Below, piece by piece: positions 27,340-41,650 of a stretch of 64,000 bases of DNA (its first letter is position 1; every line of letters starts with the position of its first letter). The position numbers and the translations under genes were made by a program. Origin of the DNA: Octopus sinensis (lineage: Eukaryota); contig NC_043004.1 in assembly GCF_006345805.1 (NCBI RefSeq), positions 100,750,001 to 100,814,000 on the forward strand, in the 5' to 3' direction. Below the pieces are notes generated by a model, which did not search any database, was not told the DNA's origin, and worked only from the letters and a program-made list of their open reading frames with translations.

Positions 27340-27720
27340 ATGCTATCGCTGCTGCCCGTCTCTTCTACGAATGAAGGTTCAGCGGGTCACAGTGGCAGTG
27401 TTCTCTTTTCGATGTTTTACTGTGGGAATGCAGACCCATCAGGGATTTGCAGGTCCTGTTGTACACGTTGTCGTGATGGTCACTGTCATCTGGGGTATAT
27501 CGGACTTGGCTCTACTCTGGGCTCTTTTTTCTTTCAAGATGTCGAGTCTGGCTGTTTCAAAGTCGTTGATGAGAGCTTCTCCACTGACACCAATTCTCAT
27601 GTTCGGATTTATCTCATATTGTTTTAGGCACTTTTTTTAGAGTGTTCGTATAACAGAACAGTGGGTGACCATAAAAGAGATCTTCAAGTAAGGGAGTGCT
27701 TTTTATGCGCACACCTTGGC
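27340..27720 (-). mobile_element. Decayed RTE-like LINE 3' end
   Basis: EDLFYGHP..KKCLKQYEINP..FETARLDILKEKRAQSRAK..NRTCKSLMGLHSH (C-terminal C2H2-like remnant). Confidence 0.55.
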
Positions 27721-27841
27721 CAACCCACCCAAGATAGGAAACTTTGCGCTTTGATATGGAAACATTCTGTACCTAGATCGTCATCACCTGCAAGAACCCT
27801 TGAATTGGGGACTTTATCCTACCAGAAAATATATTGGTGCA

Positions 27842-28230
27842 GGCGTGGCTGTATGGTAAGAAGCTTGTTTCACAACCAAATGGTCCCGGGTTCAGTCCGA
27901 CTGTGTGGCACCTTCGGCAAGTGTCTTTTAGTATAGCCTCAGGCTGACTAAAGCCTGGTGAGTGGATTTGGTAGACGGAAAATGAAAGAAGCCCGTCGTA
28001 TATATGTGGGTGGGGGATGTGTGCCTGTGCCTGTGTTTGTCCCCTCCATCGGTTGACGACCGATTTTGGTATATTTACGTCCCTGAACTTAGCAGTTCGA
28101 TAAAAGAGACCGATAGAATAAGTTCTAGAATATGCCCTGGGGTCGATTTTTTCGATCAAAAACCCTGTAAGGCGGTGCTGCATCATGGCTGCTGTCAAAT
28201 GACGGAAACAAGTAAAAGAATAACAGAATA
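27842..28230 (+). mobile_element. SINE family A
   Basis: Colinear with 852-1231. Confidence 0.82.
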
Positions 28231-28356
28231 ATATATATTAATGTTTGATTCCATGACATGTTATAATAAAAAACAATTTTGCATTAAACTGAACGATTAC
28301 TCTATACTTTTTTGTAGAGTTCATATTTATCATTCTTTAACAAGAATAGTGTTGAT

Positions 28357-28397
28357 AGTGACTTCGAAGTTTTGGCTGGCTTAGCTTTCATCGAACT
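28357..28397 (-). ncRNA. Degenerate hammerhead motif
   Basis: AGT TCGATGA A AGC-TAAGCCA-GCC AAAAC TTCGAA GTC ACT; stems I and III intact, C3 and G12 mutated. Confidence 0.45.
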
Positions 28398-29051
28398 TTC
28401 ATGCATTTGAGTTAAATCTGACACATACCTGATTACAATGTTTTACATGCGTAACTGAAATTCGAACAATAATACCCACCCTCTCAAAGCAAAACAGTTC
28501 AATCTTTTATTGGTGTTCAGTTAAAATCAATAGCTAAACCTAGTTAAACATCTGCCTCTCTAACCCAGTTAAACCTTCCTACATACTTTTGTGAACCTTA
28601 AAAAAATCCAACACCGGAACTTGACACGCTTAAATAGGTGCACCTGTTTGCAAAGCTCTACACGCATGACTGAATTATGAACTCCAAATTTCATCAATAA
28701 AATAAGAAAATTATTGCATAATATATTTCCATGGAAACCTAATCTACAACCTAATTTTCATTCAGCAGAGGTCTGCCTACTCTAGAAGAATTACGCTTAG
28801 CGGAGACTAGATAAAGGCAAGAGAAATTCAAATGTACCACAGTCTGATGGAGGCTAAGCAGGCCGAAATTTTGAAGACGATGTCAACAGTATTTTAGTTA
28901 AAGAATATTGTTGGTGGTGGGGTGTAAATTTGTATGTGCGTCGATATTTCTGAATATGATGACTTTATACATTTACAAGTAAGATATGTCTGCCAAAAGA
29001 TGTTGACCTTCCAAATATAATTATGATTAGATGTGCACACACACATACATG

Positions 29052-29103
<52 letters not shown>

Positions 29104-29160
29104 CGCGTGTGTGTGTGTGTGCGTGTGTGTGTGTCTGTGTGTGTCTGTGTGTGTGTGTGT

Positions 29161-29195
<35 letters not shown>

Positions 29196-30849
29196 TATAT
29201 ATATATTGCTTGCTAGGTATACATACGCACATACATACATATACATGCACACACACACACTGATATATACACATATATATAGATGCATGTGTATGTGTGT
29301 GCGTATATATATTGTTTGCTAGGTATACATACGTACATACATACATACATACACACATACATACATACATACATACATACATACATACATACATACGTAC
29401 GTACACACACACACTGATAGATACACATATATATGTATCTATCAGAATATACATGTGTGTGTGTTTGTGTGTGCGTATGTGTGTCTGTGTCTATGTATCT
29501 ATCAATATATATGTGTGTATGTGTGTGTATGTGTGTGTGTAGAACAGAGAGAGTGGGAGAGAGAGAGAGAGAGAGAGGAATGTAGATGTATGTACTGCTT
29601 AGTAAAGTACATTTAAATGCTTAACAGTTTAACATGTATGACTTTTTGTAGACTGATACTATGTCACAGTTGGAACATATACTCAACGTTCTCAGCAAGG
29701 CGGTGTCATAAACTTATATTGGTATGCACGGTGTTTCTTTTCTAAGTCCTTATTGATGTATGATGCTAATTTAGAAGTTCTGGGGTTTCATGGCAAACGT
29801 CTTGAAAGTAAATGGATTTTTGTAATTTTTAAAGTGTTCTTCCTTCCAGTTTTCACCGTGTGGCTGGCGTACTTCTTTTTACTCGGATGCTTTGTGTGTG
29901 ATTACTAAACGACACTCAATGACTGTCGGATATGATCTGAAACACCCACTTCTGTCTTTTCTGTTGAGATTAAAGTCTGTCAGTATCACATTTTATCTGA
30001 AAAATTTCAAATACTATCAAAATCCTGCGTCTTTTAATATCTATCTACGGATTGAATTTCCTTTATAGACCAGTCCAAGAATCTAAATGTTGATTCCAAT
30101 TCTGGTACTACAAGTGCATAGGTGGATATCATCTAGTTTTAAGAGGACAACTTTGACCGCGTATTGGCTCTTGTTGGTTTTATTTTTGTTGTTACTGTTG
30201 TAGTATTTTGTTGTTCTGTTTCTGTTTACTTCCAAATTATTCTTGATTGCGTAATAAAATAGTTACTTTTCTTATTGTATAACCGAGGCTAGTCTGACTG
30301 AAATAACACAATAGGATCCCAAACAAAATGATGCATGGGGATGTAACCAGAAGAATCCAGAGGTTAAAATCGGGCCCCTAAAACCACTCAGGCATCGGAT
30401 AACAGCTTCATGCGCGTATGACTTTGAGACGACATTGCTGAGACAGCATTATGATTCTTATTATTCTCATTGTTTGGATCTTGTAGATCCTCAGAAAATC
30501 TGCGATCGAAGTGTTCCAATGCGTCTTTCTTTTGTTGCATTGCTGAAGTATTCTTTTATGTTTCATTCTCTTTTAAGGATGGTATGGTGTAATATCAGGG
30601 AAATTTGGCTTCCATTTTTAGCAGTTTGTCTGTCTATGGGAAGGTTCCACACGTTTTGGTTAAACATCGTTCTTCGTAGCAAATTTATACGTTATATTCA
30701 AGTTTACACGAAGCTTATTTATAATACTGAAGTTGTGCACATTTCTCTGTATGTATGTATCAAAATTAAAATTTGTCTTTTATATCAATGTAACCTTTCA
30801 AATAGAAATAAATATATGTACACACACAGATACACATATGCATACACAC

Positions 30850-30902
<53 letters not shown>

Positions 30903-32031
30903 CGTACATTCACAGAGACAGACAAGATTAACCTGAATGATAAAAGTAATTTTATTTTGCCGCATATAAGACAGAAAACAACAAACGGTAAATATTTTAT
31001 TAAGACAAGTCTATATAATTAAAGTTCTTCTAACATGACAGTAAATGTTTAATCAAACACCTCTCCGGTTATTGTATCACACATTATAAACGACGCTTCT
31101 TAATTATGGTAACACATTGTAAAGTGAAACTTCGATAAATTCATTTGTTTCTTTTAATTATATCGATGTTCAAACATTCTGCTTTATCTGATTTTTACTT
31201 ATCTAAAATTTATACAAAAGTCTTGCAATATTTGTGAACACAATCTTGCTCTCTACTAGCATTGATAATTGGCTTTCAGGTTCTGACTGATTTTGGGACT
31301 GTGCAGTCTTTTGTAATGATCCTTTGACAAAAGGGTTTCCATCCAAGTTCAAATAATGGTTGTACAGATGGTGATGGTGGTGGTGGTGGTGGTGGTGGGG
31401 GGGGGGGGGGGTTATGAAGAATTCTTTTGTATTCTTCAAAGCGGCTTTTATACCTTGAAAGAATGCATATGAAAGCTAGAATTCTTCTTCTGAACATGCA
31501 TTCTTGATGTGACACTATATAATAAAAGAGTCATCCGAGGTTCTGAAAGCCCGTAGCTAAATTATTAATAAACGTAAAATAAAATTTTTTTTTTTAAATA
31601 CCTATATTTGTATATTTTCATACACATATATACATTTTTAATTAAAAATCATATAAAATACTTCTGACTATTAATTAACATCATTGTAATAAATATTGTT
31701 TATCTTTTGCGAATATGTGTGTGCACGCACGCATGCGTATGTGTAGCACACGACACAAGCGCGCACATACTCTCACACACATACAAGGAAAAGGTTGACA
31801 GTGACTACAAAGTCTCGGATGCGTTGTTTTTCAATTTATCAATTACTAAAATATCAATCGGATCGCCTGAATGCAGAGGAAACAATAGTTAAAGAATTAT
31901 CAGAAACTAGAGTTTCTGATTTCTGGAGATTTGTTAACTACCTTTCTCTCGCTAGATGGATGACTTACCCATATAAGGAATAAATAATTATTAATTTTCT
32001 CTTCGCATTGTTTCTTCATTTGTTCCCATAT

Positions 32032-32139
<108 letters not shown>

Positions 32140-32359
32140 CATATATCACAGAAAAGCCATAGGTAATGGTGCTTACATATTGCTTAATTCGTGCAAATTC
32201 GCCCAACACCTATTTCTGAAAAGCATTGTAAGTGCGTTCATAGTTCTGTTTACTCAATCAGTCAATTGATCCACTGAAAAAAATTGAACGACAGACTCAG
32301 AAAACAGAATTACGAACGCATCTATAAATCTTATCAGAAACAGCTGTAAGTCGAATTTG

Positions 32360-33188
32360 CAGGAATAAAAGAATTCGCCTGGGAAGAGATCCGTACAAAT
32401 CCTTCACCATCGTCACAGGTATGAGATGCCATTCTCTGTGGCTGAGCTTCCACAACTCTTCAAGATTGCGTGGATTCATCTGACGAACTCTTCTCTTTAG
32501 TTCCGTCTATATTTGCTCGAGGATATTTAAGTCACGGTTCTGAGCTGGCCAATCTTTCAATACGGTAACACCTTCATCAGCCTGACTCTGTTGTGTTGCA
32601 CACGAACTGTTAGATAGAGCTCCGCCATGCCGAAAAATCTCACCTTAATCAAAGTCTGGTATTAAATTTCCTTCGGCAACAGGATGTATTTGGCACTATT
32701 CAAGTTACCGTCAATTTCAACCAACTTTCTTGAGCCATCACATTTTATGTATCTCCAAAGCATCAGACACTTACTCTCAAAACTTCACTGTTTTCGTTGT
32801 GTAACGTGGGTCACTTCGATTTCTAATAAGTGAGAATTTGTCAGAAAACCTCCCTAAGGGAAGCCACATGGAATATTAACAAAGCACGGTAACTTCTTGA
32901 AACGAATATTATGCAATAAATTTTCATTATAGACATTTTTCTGTTTTAAAACAATGTATGTTGTTTGGTTTATGTGAAATGGCCGAAAGCTTTTGCACGG
33001 CCATTTTTGGTGGTTGTCTTGCATGCTTTCCTCTCATTCAGAACCCCTACTATAAAAATAATTTTAGGTATGGAAATGATTCCAACAGGGCCAATGTTTC
33101 ATCTTTAAAAAGTGCAATGCGAAACAGTTGGCAATTAGTAGAAATTTACAGTAGTTTAAAATGACCGATGACATTTTCACTGTACTGC
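32360..33188 (-). pseudogene. Decayed Tc1 transposon (catalytic region plus one terminal repeat)
   Basis: MLWRYIKCDG..LVEIDGNLNSAKY..VLKDWPAQNRDLNILEQI*TELKRRV..PRNLEELW..DLYGSLPRRI; TIR-like CAGTACAGTGAAAATGTCATCGGTCA ending at 33188. Confidence 0.8.
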
Positions 33189-33191
33189 ATA

Positions 33192-33272
<81 letters not shown>

Positions 33273-33273
<1 letters not shown>

Positions 33274-33396
33274 TACAAATAAGAAAATGGAGGAACAGAT
33301 TCATTCAATCATTGACTTACAGATATTACCATTAATTGGTAATATCTGTAAGTCGATGATTGAAATGAATCTGTTCCTCCATTTTCTTATTTGTAT
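33273..33396. repeat. ~59-bp-arm hairpin next to (TA)n
   Basis: 33273-33331 pairs with 33337-33396; one substitution and one indel; loop TTAAT. Confidence 0.9.
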
Positions 33397-34780
33397 TATG
33401 AATTTGAGGTAAAATATTTTACCTTCGCCCAACTAATACAATAAATGAATTAATTGCATTGCAATTATAAGCATTTATGTATTTGGCATTTGGGTGCTTC
33501 ACCAGCAGTTTATTGGATAACTGATATCCCATAGTGGGTTACACTCATAACCCCTATCTCACTTTGTACTATATATATATATATGTGTGTGTGTACACAC
33601 ATACACACACACTCTTTCATGATGAGGATGTATGTGTATATTTATATGGCAATTTCCATATTAGAACAAATGTTTGTAGACCTAGAAAAGACTCGTAGCC
33701 ATACAACCTTCACATTTGAATGCCAACTAAATTTTATATAACTGTTGGAAATCCTAAGACCCCCAAAATGCATTAATAAGTAGAGGCTTTAATTTCATAT
33801 CACCATCACTATTTCTCCCTACAAGATGAATAAAGCGATTTTCAGACGTTTCAAAAGCCTAATTTTCATTTACAATTAATGAAGGATCTGTCAGGCATGC
33901 GCTTCTAGAATAGCTGTTTTGTAAACACTCCATATTAACCCTGTTGTGTAGCGTTCTGAGTTTCTCGAAATAATTAGCAACACATCTGTAACTACCCAAT
34001 CAACCTCATTGTCATCTTAAACCTTTCTTATCAGCCGTTACTGGCCAGAAAGGATTTTACGGCAAAAGTTACACATCCCTTTTTCTACAACTTATCATGC
34101 ACGCTTTAGCTTCTGTTTGCATAGCCATTGTATTTATCGGCACATTACATGACAACCAACGTGAACGTCAATTCTCGCACTGCAGTACAGTTCAATATAG
34201 TTATCATATCAGATCTATGTTTAAGCTCTTGCCGGGCATTTAACCGAGTGGTTACTTAAACACTAGACCTAAATTTGTTTTGTTACCATGCATTTTTCCA
34301 GCATAGGCGTTACAAGCTATAATGTTTGTACAGTACGGCTAAGGATTTCTCCGTAGCAAATTTTTGTTCTATTCCTCAGGAGGTGATAAAGAGAAGGATA
34401 AACTGAGATCGATAGTGGGTGATGCTAAAAAGTAAGAGCTGTAGCGATGTGAGAGGAAATACAATATTATTGAAGGTAGTGGCAAGACTAGGGTCACTTG
34501 TAGTGGTGGGCGCACAGACGAGGTGGAGAGATACGATGGTAGGAGTAGAATAGTGAGGAAAATTAACACGAGGTTTGAAGAAAAAATTTCAGGCAGGTGT
34601 TGACAATACTGTTCAGAGAAATGAAAAATCGAAAATAGTTTATTATAGAAATATAAATAGATTGGAAGAATTACAGAAACAAGTTATAAGCATCAAAATT
34701 GCACAGAAAATGGAGACAGAAAAACGCGAGCGGCCGGACGTGTGGAGGAGGGAAACAAAATATATATCATTTCTAAGAAA

Positions 34781-34830
<50 letters not shown>

Positions 34831-34980
34831 TGTGTGTGCGCGTGTGTATGTTTGTATGAGTGTGTGTGTGTGTGTGAGTGTATGAATATGTGTGTAAGTG
34901 AATTTAATATAACACCAAAATTCACGCGTTTCGCTATATGTAAGTATAATGTATGTGTAACGTATGTATATATATATAAA

Positions 34981-35016
<36 letters not shown>

Positions 35017-35045
35017 CATACACACACACATATATATTGCCCACC

Positions 35046-35097
<52 letters not shown>

Positions 35098-36188
35098 GAT
35101 AGATAGATAGATAGATAGATATATACATATATATGCATATATATATACTATATATAATATATATATATATGCTTATATATATATATACATATATATACAT
35201 ATATATATACATATATACATAAATATATATATATATATACATAAAGGCTCACATATCCATTAATACACATGCACACATACACAAATACGCAGACATATTT
35301 TAATCTCATTTTTCAATTATATTCTATGATACAGAAAAAAGGGTTGTATGCTCTTACCAAAAATTAATATTTGCGAATCAGTTCAAAAGCCAAGAAAATA
35401 TACTTAAATATAAGCCAGAAACATGAATAAAGGATATAAAATAAATGTATGTATGTATGTATGTATGTATGTATGTATGTATGTACGTATGTATGTATGT
35501 ATAATTATTCTTCCTCAGACAGTCGTGTTGGGTGGGCTGTGCCGGTCATTAGCGCCCCCTGTCTTCTCCGATGGGCTTCAGGAGGAAAACTAGGATTAGG
35601 TGCGAAAAGGCTTTCAGAAATATATTTGCACATGGGACTACTCTACGCCCTACAACAAGGGTATTATATACCGATGTACGGAAAGGAAATACTAATCCGG
35701 TGAATAGAATGAATATGTATTTGGGTTCTGAAAGCTAGTGTTTATTTAATATTCATATGACGTGTGTTCCAGCTGAAGCTGTCCTTCGCCTGACGCTACA
35801 GCTTCACGATTGGTAAGGGATTCTGGGCCTAATACTACATGGTAACCTCATGCGTTTTTGGCCCAGATTGCAATCGAATATAGTCACCTCAGTATTTATT
35901 TGATAGCTTATGTCAGCAGCAGAGGGATGAAAGTTTAAGATGATCATACACACGCACATACACACGAACACACACACACACACACACACAACACACACAC
36001 ACACACACACACACATACACACACACGCACGCACACACTTACTCACATATACATACACGCATACATACATACATATACACACATGTATGTATATGTATAT
36101 ATATATAATGTGTATATATATATACTATATATTATATTACATATATAGGTGTGTGTGTGTTGGTATACATATATGTATATATAATACA

Positions 36189-36238
<50 letters not shown>

Positions 36239-36244
36239 TATATA

Positions 36245-36460
36245 TTATGGTGTTAATAAAATAGATTTTTTTTTGTACATCCTGGGTCTCTTCGGGTACA
36301 TAAATAACGCTAAATGTCCGTCAGCGATACGTAACACCGAACTCTAGTGAGACGTTATTTTTCTATTTATTTATGTACTCGAAGAGACCCAGAACGGGTC
36401 GAAACATGTGACATACTAAATACAATCTTTTTTTTTTCCATCTATTTTATTAATACCGTT
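36245..36460. mobile_element. Inverted PLE pseudo-LTR-like relic with damaged hammerhead
   Basis: Plus strand TATGTAC TCGAAGA GACCC-AGAAC-GGGTC GAAAC ATGT (36372-36409); inverted partial copy with CCGAAGA at 36281-36305. Confidence 0.6.
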
Positions 36461-36608
36461 ACTTTAACCGCCACTATGGAGTTCCTGCAACCTACGGATA
36501 ATAACAGGTAATCGAAACTCTCTCTCTCTCTACTATATATATATATATATATGTATACACATATTATGTAGAGAAAGATAAATAGACTGATAGATACACA
36601 GATAGATC

Positions 36609-36651
<43 letters not shown>

Positions 36652-37084
36652 CATACATACATACATACATACATACATACATACATACATACATACATAC
36701 ATACATACATACAAACATGCATACGTATGCTGTTGCTATGTTAACATTACTTTAATATTCTTATAAAAAATTCTAAATGTTATATCAACGCCATTAAATT
36801 TATATTTATGATGCATAGTAAAATTTGTCTACATTAGGTATGTAGATATAAATCTAAAAATTTTTGATCATCAAAAACTCATATGCACGAAGTTCACCTT
36901 TTAATGTCCAAGTTAAATGTAGAAATTTAAAATCTAGAATTTGAAATTTAAAATTCGGTATGGACCGACTTTACCATAAAATACAAAAGTTATGAACAAA
37001 CGATAATAAATTGATTCGCTTGAATCAAAGTGGTAATGTAGTCACGATGATATATATGTAAAATCAAGAAAGAATGGTACTCAA

Positions 37085-37367
37085 CAATGTGGTCTTGGGT
37101 TCAGTCCCATTGCATGGCACCTTGAGCTAGTGTCTCTTACTGTAGCCATAGACCAACCAAAAACCTTGTCAGTGGATTTGCTAAACAGAAAGTGAAAGTT
37201 GTCCATCATACTTTTCCCCCGTAACTTAGCGGTTCGGCAAAAGGGACCGATAGAATAAGTACTAGGCTTATAAAGAATAAGTCCTGGGGTCGATTTGCTC
37301 GACTAAAGGCGGTGCTCCAGCATGGCCACAGTCAAATGACTGAAACAAGTAAAAGGGAGTAAAAGAG
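37085..37367 (+). mobile_element. SINE family A, internally deleted
   Basis: Tail GAATAAGTCCTGGGGTCG..AAACAAGTAAAAG matches other copies. Confidence 0.75.
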
Positions 37368-37559
37368 TATTGTTATTAAGTCAGCTCGATAAATAACGAG
37401 TCAGCTTTCGTGACTATTGGTTTCAAATTTTGGGGTGAGAGCCAAGCGGATTCAATCGTTCCCACTGTTCACCTGGTACTTCTGTTATCGACCACGAAAA
37501 GATGAAAGGCAAAGTCAAACTCAGAAGGACGAAATGCCGCTAACGATTCTACCAGATCA

Positions 37560-38035
37560 CTTCCGGTTTAGAACCCACCCGCGCACAGTGATCTCAAATT
37601 CCACGAAACAGTTGATCATGTGGACGCCGTCTGTGCTCCAGGAAGAACATAGAGAAGAGACTAATCAGAGAAAACTCACTAAACGTCAGGAGCTGGTAAA
37701 GCAGAACAGACACCAGGATTGGCAAGCACATTATGAGGCAATTGAAGTGGGTAGGGAGGATTTTTGGAGTGTTCATTTAGCAAAGTTCTGCCTGAGTTTG
37801 GAGTGACTTGTGCAGTAATGAAAAGGGACATACATTTTGTTGTTGAGGCCACGGAGAAGGTCACCAGGTGGTTTTGGATAAAGAGGGTAGAACCTAGACT
37901 TACTGCTACTGGGATGTAAGCTGACCAACCCTGGCTGAGTCAACTGTGTAAGGACGTCAGAAGATGAAAGACATGAAAACCATTGACTCCTTTGAGGCAT
38001 CACAAATGCTGCATCCTAGAGCATTTGTGAGATGT
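37560..38035 (+). pseudogene. HERO-like (RLE) non-LTR retrotransposon 3' end
   Basis: NSTKQLIM..EEHREETNQRKLTKRQELV..WQAHYEAIEVG-RGF..SFSKVL..VVEATEKVTRWFWIKRVEP; resembles HERO restriction-like endonuclease C-terminus. Confidence 0.7.
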
Positions 38036-38109
38036 ATTTTGAGACTATATCATCCATATCATTTTTATGTATGTATGTATGTATGTATGTATGTATGTAT
38101 GTATGTATG

Positions 38110-38140
<31 letters not shown>

Positions 38141-38777
38141 GTATGTATGTATGTATGTATTGATGGATGGATGGATGGATGGATGGATGGATGGATGGAT
38201 GGATGGATGGATGGATGGATGTATGGATGCATGCATGCATGCATCGATGGATGGATGGATAGGGATGAGGGGCTGCTGAAAATTTCTTGGCTTTAAGGGT
38301 AACACGAAAGGCTTGGTTGGAGGTCCGACTTTCCGACTTCTTTTACAGGGCTTAGAAGAACAGAAGGACCGCTGCAATAAGTGTGTGAATCTGAGAAGGG
38401 AATATAGAAGGGTATTATAGGATGCGAACAACGGATGAATAAAATGGAAAGTATTATAGAAAGAACTAGACATGTACTACATATGAGGCAGGTAGATATA
38501 TAGGTATTTATGTATGTATTCCAAGTAGTGAGTGAGTAGACAGGTTGCATATAGTATCACAGCAAATGATGGAATCGAACATAAAACTGTGGAAAATATG
38601 AATCTTCGCAGCGACAATGGAAAGTGGCAAATATATAAGTATAATGAAAGGTTGAAAGATTGAATGAGATTTGGGAAGATAAAATAAAGGGCAGAGAGGA
38701 AATTAAATTAAAGAGACCCGAATAAGTTGAAATAATGTTAGAAGGAAAGAATAACTAGAAATAATATATAGAAGTAT

Positions 38778-39165
38778 TTCATCATCATCATTTCATTGTT
38801 CGACAGTGGTCGAGACAATGGAATTTACCATGCTACCCCAGACTTCACGGTCCATTATGGCATTACGGAGGTCCTGTTGCTGGATGCCTGTATCCCTGGA
38901 GATTACATCAGGGTGGGAGAGTGTGCGCCCTCTGGTATTGCGGGTAGATGGCTTCCAGAGGAGAAGAGGAGAAATTACCTCTTTTTCAGCTCTACAACAA
39001 TGTCCAGCAAACTGGACTCTCTTACCTTTCACAAGAAATGAGACAGGTGGTAGTTTCCCATATATTTGCATTTTGGTTGGATGGCGCTTCCACGAGAGAT
39101 TTTGAGCTCTCATAAGGAGGCGAGTGTAGGTTCCATCCAACCGCCTCTCAAGCTTCTGGAAGTAT
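38778..39165 (-). mobile_element. RTE-like LINE 3' end with (GAT)n tail
   Basis: 115-aa ORF DGTYTRLLMRAQNLSWKRHPT..RVQFAGHC.RA..LLLWKP..DLRNAIMDREVW, then TGATGATGA. Confidence 0.8.
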
Positions 39166-39596
39166 TTAGATACGTGTATTAGAGAAACATTAAATGCAGA
39201 GGTTCAAAGGTAGAGATATAAAACGCTGAAAGTTCAGCGCAAAATATGCTGTTGAAAAGAAGAATATGGTGATCGAAGTCAGGGTAAAACAGTAGAAGTC
39301 AGAATAAAGCTGAGGTAGGAATATGAATGCATGAAGTTGGAAGACAACTAGAATACTATGAAAGGAAATTCTTTAAAGTACATTCAACATCCTGTAAAGA
39401 AGAAATATGTAAATAAATAAGCAATGAATACAAGTATCAACAAAAGTATAAAACATTGTGCGTGTTTGTGAGTGTATATGTGTGTGTGTGTGTGGTTGAA
39501 TATATTAATGTATATACATCCGAGAAAAAAATTGTACACACCAATATATTTAATCATGTGTGTGTATGTACATATAAATATATATTTATACCAATA

Positions 39597-39628
<32 letters not shown>

Positions 39629-40074
39629 CATACATATATGTATATATACCTCTCTATATATATATGCATTTATATTCCTACATATGTTTAAGAATGAGTG
39701 CATAAAATGTTACATAAAGAGATATTTATACACTTGCAAAACACAATAAACATAAAATATGCACATATATTATCGCTATTTCTATAAACGCTGGCACACG
39801 TACACGTTCGCGCATATACGCATTCAACATGAGTATGATTGTGTATATGTGTGTGTGTGCACGCGTGTGTATGTGTGTGTAAATAATACAGATAAACACA
39901 TATATGCACGCAAATACATATTTATACACACATATATATATTGTATGTTTATATGTACACATATATATATATATATTTATATGTATATATTTTATATGCA
40001 TAATATATATATGTTATTATTAATATACACAGATATATATATATATAATATATATATGAATATGTATATGGTAT

Positions 40075-40144
<70 letters not shown>

Positions 40145-40267
40145 ATATAATCGATAGATACATAAAGACACTATCGCAGCATACGTATGCTCATAGAGAC
40201 TTAGAGACAGATGTCTATACATCAATACCTGTGGGGGAAAAAACACGAACAACAAAGAAGAATTTCC

Positions 40268-40367
40268 NNNNNNNNNNNNNNNNNNNNNNNNNNNNNNNNN
40301 NNNNNNNNNNNNNNNNNNNNNNNNNNNNNNNNNNNNNNNNNNNNNNNNNNNNNNNNNNNNNNNNNNN
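40268..40367. other. Assembly gap (exactly 100 N)
   Basis: N run. Confidence 1.
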
Positions 40368-40590
40368 ACTAAAGGCAGTGCTCCAGCATGGCCGCAGTCA
40401 AATAACTGAAACAAATAAAAGAGTAAAAGTGTATATATATGTATATGTATATAGGTGTGTGTTTGTGTGTTTGTCCCCCACCATCGCCTGACAACCGATG
40501 TTGGTAAGTTTACGCCCCCGTAACATAGCGGTTCGGCCTAAGTGGCCGACAGAATAAGTACTAGGCTTACAAAGAACTAGTCATAGGGTT
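40368..40590 (+). mobile_element. Two SINE family A tail pieces after the gap
   Basis: CTCCAGCATGGCCGCAGTCAAA and GAATAAGTACTAGGCTTACAAAG. Confidence 0.75.
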
Positions 40591-40674
40591 GATTTGTGCA
40601 TATTTCTCTTTCCAATAAGTATCATTTCCGTAAACAACAGCTCAATACCAGTACGGGTCCTCAGCTTGGAGCCA

Positions 40675-40775
40675 GAAGAAGAATAAGAAGAAGAAGAAGA
40701 AAAAGAAGAGAAGAAAAAAGAACAAGAAGAAAAAGAAGAAGAAGACGAAGAAGAAGAAGAAGAAGAAGAAGAGAA

Positions 40776-40806
<31 letters not shown>

Positions 40807-40890
40807 AGAAGAAGAAGAAGAAGAGAGAGAAGAAGAGAAGAAGAAGAAGAAGAAGAAGAAGAGAAGAAAAAGAAGAAGAAGCGAAGAAGA
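40675..40890. repeat. (GAA)n microsatellite
   Basis: Directly visible. Confidence 0.95.
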
Positions 40891-41650
40891 ATACACACAT
40901 TTACATATATATCCAATGAATTTCTACCGAAGAAAACTTACCCTACCGCCATGTGCAATTTGAACAACTTGCGTTGGTAAATAAAAAAAAAGATGTCATG
41001 CCCCACTTTTGCATTACTTTTGAGATAACCTTCGCAGAATTCACTCTTCGAGTTCTTAGTACAAATTCTTCTCTGATTGGCTAAAGTTTTTATGCGAGAG
41101 AGGATTTCCAAAACTTCCATGCGCTTAACTACGGCCCTGTATTGCTTACAAGAAACCCAACCCAACATTCTGATAAACAACAGATTTATCCTTAATCCGC
41201 TTAACAATATGGAAGCCAAACCAGATATAAGTAATGACTCCCATTGATGCTCGTGGCTCAGCAAAGGATTAGGTTATTTATTACCGAGCGCCCTCCAATT
41301 AATTATTTCTACATTGTGAGAGGTGTCGATTCCACCAAATCAAAAACTGATTAATGTCGCTAAATATAGAATAAGAAGATTTAATCTGAAAGTGTGTAGT
41401 GAATCAATTACAATAGAGATCAGCTGAAAGGTTACAGCAGTATGTCGAAAGACTGTTACCAATAACTAATTAATAATTAACAGTACTGTAATGAATGACG
41501 GAAATAAATCTAGAAATAAATTAAGACAATTGACTGTTTTTCATCATATTGTGAATCCGTGCACAGAACTTCGAAATAATCTCTTCAAAAAAAAAATAAT
41601 AATAACTACGAAAAACGTCGTATATATTTACAGATGTTAAATCTCGTAAA

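Noticed and set aside
29780-30600. Possible old LINE remnant
   Set aside because: Only weak CR1-like hints (..IYKI); not enough motif support.
40133-40491. ORFs spanning the N run
   Set aside because: Artefacts of the 100-N gap; adjacency across the gap is not established.
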